NCBI GenBank assembly: GCA_043228905.1
Contig: JBHGNT010000012.1
Span: forward strand, 16,306,001 to 16,370,000
Source of the DNA: Azolla caroliniana
Taxonomy: Eukaryota > Plantae > Polypodiophyta
Direction: 5' to 3'
Length of the DNA stretch: 64,000 nt
Part shown: piece after piece, positions 59,821 through 64,000 of the stretch
Numbering within the stretch: position 1 is the first letter of the stretch
How the letters are laid out: each line of letters begins with the position of its first letter
The notes under the pieces: model-generated
The model's input: the letters and a program-made list of their open reading frames with translations, nothing else
Told to the model about the DNA's origin: nothing
Database searches by the model: none
Position numbers and translations under genes: made by a program

Positions 59821-60956
59821 TATGTAAATGTTTTAGTTAATCAATTAAAGACCACTACAACATCATTGTCTTAATGAAAAAAATTAAATATAAACTAAAC
59901 ACATGATTAGATGGGAGAAGAGAGAATAGAAAGAAAAATTATGGAAAGAGTTACCAAAGTTCTTTGTTGATCGTTGTCTGGATCAAGGCCAACCGCACAA
60001 CGATCGATCAGCATCAATCAAAAGACAAATGAAAAACAAAGAAACATTAGTACAAAAATCTGATACCAAATATTATAGATCTTAATACTAAAGTAAGCTT
60101 AAGATAAGGATAAAGAAATGAAAGATAGAAAGGAGAAAGAGAAAGAAGGGTGCCGATCCACCCGACCACCCCCGAGCGAAGGGATCGAGACGGACTCGAG
60201 CCTCGATCGGCGTCCCATACCACCGTCGTGGCGTCGAGTCGTACCTGGTGCTGGCGCGCTCGCTACAAGAGTTGACCCACCACACGAGCAGAGTCTCGAT
60301 GTAGTCAAAAGATGATCAAATGAGGGTAGCTAGGCCTCTTATTTATAGCGATACCCAAGGCCCCCAGGCAAGTTCACACTTGACCTAATGGGTTGTCTCA
60401 ATCCCGAGGATTAAAAGTAATCCTCCCCTTCTTTACACTCTCATTTAACCCTCACACTTATCCACGTGTATAGATTACTACGGTAAATTCTTACCACGGG
60501 ATATTATATGGTCATGCCCGTAACAAATACAATGTAAGACTCAGAGGCAACAACCTCAAGCTCTATGTCTTCGCCAACCAGCGGTTACAACAGAAAACTC
60601 GTTTTGTGTCTCTCTCTATCTCTCTGATCTCTACTAAAGTAATTGTCCTAAATCATATTTATACTTATATGACATTTGGACTATTTACAAATATAGCCTC
60701 GATGGGCTCACCATGAAACATATTTACACATATGTCCTTGGATCCGGTTTGCACCGGATCCATCTAGATTCACTCGATCCGGTTTCTGGGTTTGATCCGG
60801 AACCCTTCCAGATCTGGTTCCTTCATCCGGCTCGTCCGATCCGGTTTCTGGGTTTGATCCAGAACCCTTCCAGATCTGGTTCCTTCATCCGGCTTGTCCG
60901 ATCCGGTTCCTCCGGTTCTCATCTAGATCCCATCCGGAGGGACCGAATTCCCTATA

Positions 60957-61191
60957 GTGTGCAGACTCGTCAACGCATCCGAGTGGTTTTCTTCTAGAAA
61001 CAACATCAATTGAATCTCGAAAAACGAAGGCGTATTCTCCCTCGTGTGGGTTACTGTTCGGAATTTTCCAAACTTGGACACCAAGCCTCCGAGACAAACC
61101 TATACCATCTCGTCTTCTTCCACGGTTCCATTGACGGAAGCGAGAGAGTCACAGATCTCTGTTATCTTGGAGGTTTAGTTAGCCACCGACA
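60957..61191 (-). pseudogene. gag: Copia F gag fragment
   Basis: MSVAN*TSKITEICDSLASV...EDEMV*VCLGGL...TRENTPSFFE; joins 49432 across the G TSD. Confidence 0.8.
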
Positions 61192-64000
61192 TGTTATAAA
61201 TCGGTGGAGCAGAGAGCCAAGACAAAATAGTTGAGGGAAGAAAAACCCTATTGCAAAAATGGGGGAAAAACAGACGACACAATAATGGCTGTAATAATTT
61301 TGCCTATGTCATAGAGGGGAAAAATAAAGTAAAAAAGGTAAAAGACAAGAGCACAGGCCATTTTGGCCTTTTCACACTATGTACATATAACAATCTCCCA
61401 CTCAAAGGCCTAAACTAAGAGTACGAATAATAGAAAGTTGAACTATACAAGGCTTATACCTACCACCTGATGGGCATGTTACATAAGGCACTAGGTGATC
61501 CCCATCAACTGACAACAATGCCCCAATGCATCTTGTGGTAAGGCCTTGGTCAATGCGTCTGCGGCTTTTCTCGAGACATAGCCTTGTCAAGGCTAATGCA
61601 ACCATTAGCTAAGCATTCACAAATGAAATGGTATCGCACTCCAATGTGCTTGGTCTTTGCATGAAATACTGGGTTCTTAGCCAAAGCAATGGCACTCTGA
61701 CTATCACAAAACAATTTGGGTACATGTTGAGGTATACCCATGTCACTAACTAATTGAGATAACCAAATTGCATCCTTACATGCCTCACTGGCTGCAACAT
61801 ACTCAGCTTCTGTAGTTGACAATGCGACACATTCTTGGAGACGAGATCTCCAAGAAATGGCACATGTCCCATAATTTGAAAAATGTACCTTGAAGTATAT
61901 TTCCTACTATCAACACATGTAGCATAATTGGAATCGGTGTATCCGATGATAGAGACATCATCTCTACCCAAACATAGACACTTATCTTTAGTGCCACTAA
62001 GATATCTCATTATCAACTTGAGTGCATCCCAATGTTTCTTACCGCTCCCACTGCAAATGCAATGTCTAGTCTAATAGCCACCATGGCGTACATGAGACTA
62101 CCAATCACAGACTGATAAGGAACCTTGGTCATGAATTCCTTGTCCTCATCAGATGTGGTGAAATCACATGTGCTCAACTTTAAATATGTAGGCAATGGAG
62201 TGCTCAACGGATTTGCATTCTCCATATTAAACCTCTTGAGTACTTTGGATATGTACTCAGCCTGAGACAAGTAAATGCATCACTTACTCCTACCACGAGT
62301 AATACGCATACCAAGAATATGTTTTGCGTCTCCCAATTCGTTCATGTCAAAAGTTTGGCTCAAGTTTTTCTTCAACAAGGATAACTCATCCTTGTTTTTA
62401 CCAACGATAAGCATATCATCAACATAGAGTATCAAAATGGAACCTTCATCTGAACATTTTTTCGTATAAAGACAAGAATCCTCATTGCTTCTAGTGCACC
62501 CTTGAGTCTTCATAAAAGCATCAAACTTTTGGTACCACAATCTTGGGGACTACTTAAGCCCATACCAAGTGTTCTTTGCCAAGTGTTCTTCAGTTTACAT
62601 ACCAAGTGTTCTTTGCCTGAGACTTCATAACCTTCTGGTTGTTCCATATAGATCTCCTCATTAAGATCCCCATGCAAGAAAGCAGTCTTTACATCCATTT
62701 GGACTAATTCCAAGTCCTGATTTGCAGCTAAGGCAAGCAACATATGCGATGTAGTCATTTTAACTACAGGAGAGAAAATTTCATCAAAGTCAACTCCTAG
62801 TTCTTGCTTGAAACCTTTCGCTACCAAGCATGCTTTGTACTTTGGAGAAGTCCTATCAGATGCATATTTATACTTGTAGACCCACTTGCATGGTAATGCT
62901 TTCCTATCCTTTGGCAAAGCTACTAAATCCCAAGTATCATTTTTATGGATACTATCCAATTCTCTTTGCATGGCATGCTCCCACTTAGCATGATCAGTAG
63001 CCAACATAGCTTCTTTATAGCAAGAGAGTTCACCTGCATCTGTTAACATCACACAATCCGTGAGCTTAGTCGGTGGCCTAGAGACACGAGTAGATTGTCT
63101 CATTGGTTGCTAAACCAGAGTCAAAATGTTTTCAGGTTGTACAAATGCATCATCATTTTGAACATCCTTATATGGATGAACATTTGTAGGACTATTCCGC
63201 ATAGGTGTAGGATTATTCTTTTGCACACTAATAGAGGGTGTAACATCTTGAAAAACCACTTTCCTCACTTCCACTTCCTTAATTGGCTGCTTATGCATAA
63301 TCTTTTCATTGAAAACAACATCACTACTTCTGATTATAGTGCGCGTTTTGGGGTTCCATAAGCGATATCCAAACTGATAATCTATACCATAGCTGAGAAA
63401 AATACATTTTTTGCTTTTGAAATCTACTTTCCGCTTTAACTGTTTTGGAACATGAACATATGCTTCACATCCAAACACTCTAAGATGATCATAGTGAGGG
63501 GTTTTTCCAATCCACAACTCTTGAGCCACTTTCAAGCCTTTGCCAATACTAGGTGATAGATTAATCACATGAACAACAGTCTAAACTACTTCTACCCAAA
63601 AACCTTGCGGAAGGTTTGCATGATGCAACATAGAAACAACTCTATCTTGGATGTTTCAATTCATCCTTTCTGCTACACCATTTTGTACAGGAGTGTAGGG
63701 GGCAGTATACTCTCTACGAATGCCTCTAGACTCGCAAAAAATCCTGAACTCCTTAGAGGTATATTCAATTCCATTATCAGAACGTAAAGCTTTAAGCTTT
63801 ATTCCTTTTTCAGTCTCAACCGAGGCAAGCCATTTTCTAAAAATGGGGTATACATGACCCTTTCCCTTTATAGGATACACCCACACCTTTCTTGTGGCAT
63901 CATCAATAAATGTAACAAAATACAAAGCTCCACCCAATGATCTAGTAGGGATAGGGCCAACTACATATGTATGAACTAGATCCAAGGGTTGAGTAGAAGA
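61192..64000 (-). mobile_element. Copia element I, 3' half (INT-RT-RH pseudogene and 201-bp 3' LTR 61192-61392), running out of the window
   Basis: TGTTATA...TATAACA ends, PPT GAGTGGGAGAT, LRSDNG, CKWVYK, QMDVKTAFLHG, LYVDDML, STTEAEY, CDSQSAI. Confidence 0.9.

Larger units (their letters stand above)
53597..60525 (-). mobile_element. Element K2: young chromovirus with Tekay/Reina-type chromodomain and iMet PBS
   Basis: 455-bp LTRs 53597-54051 and 60071-60525 (about 3 differences), TSD AATAC, PBS TGGTATCAGA at 60059-60068, PPT 54052-54065. Confidence 0.95.
49433..60956 (-). mobile_element. Copia element G, degraded, inserted in F gag; 5' LTR split by K2
   Basis: 3' LTR 49433-49899, 5' LTR 53436-53596 plus 60531-60956, TSD GTGTG, degenerate iMet PBS TAGTATCATAGC (53421-53432), PPT 49900-49914. 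Confidence 0.85.

Noticed and set aside
1-64000. Host protein-coding genes, rRNA genes, DNA transposons or prokaryotic systems
   Set aside because: Every segment is accounted for by LTR retrotransposon parts; no supporting motifs were seen.

Overview
The whole window is a nest of plant LTR retrotransposons; I find no host gene. The lineage mix (Phygy-like Gypsy elements with a tRNA-Trp PBS and 4-bp TSDs, a Tcn1-like chromovirus, Copia) suggests a bryophyte, probably a moss (inference). Nesting from LTRs, PBS, PPT and TSDs: chromovirus K1 (+, 32477-47305) hosts an Athila/OTA-like element J (+, to 32476). J hosts a gag-derived Phygy-like element H (-, to 23928), which hosts Phygy-like A (+, 244-21379), which hosts B (-, 2256-9987) and C (-, 12667-19721). 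K1 also hosts a Phygy-like solo LTR (32573-33186) and Tcn1-like E (33840-45830); E hosts tandem gag-only D (35522-41370) and a Copia solo LTR (41390-42101). Copia F hosts Copia G (49433-60956, itself hosting chromovirus K2, 53597-60525) and Copia I (61192 to the end). Most notable: (1) a tRNA-type A-box/B-box module, antisense and pointing outward, in the U3 of LTRs of two unrelated Gypsy lineages; (2) J carries a retropepsin-like domain and a duplicated unknown domain after its integrase, then a hairpin array and a ~1,100-codon extra ORF behind a splice acceptor; (3) all six Phygy-like insertions hit a CpG-centred 4-mer; (4) a conserved -1 frameshift (GGAUUUU plus pseudoknot) lies after the protease; (5) capsid-only non-autonomous derivatives carry a novel C-terminal region. 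All alignments were done by eye; lineage names need an HMM check.
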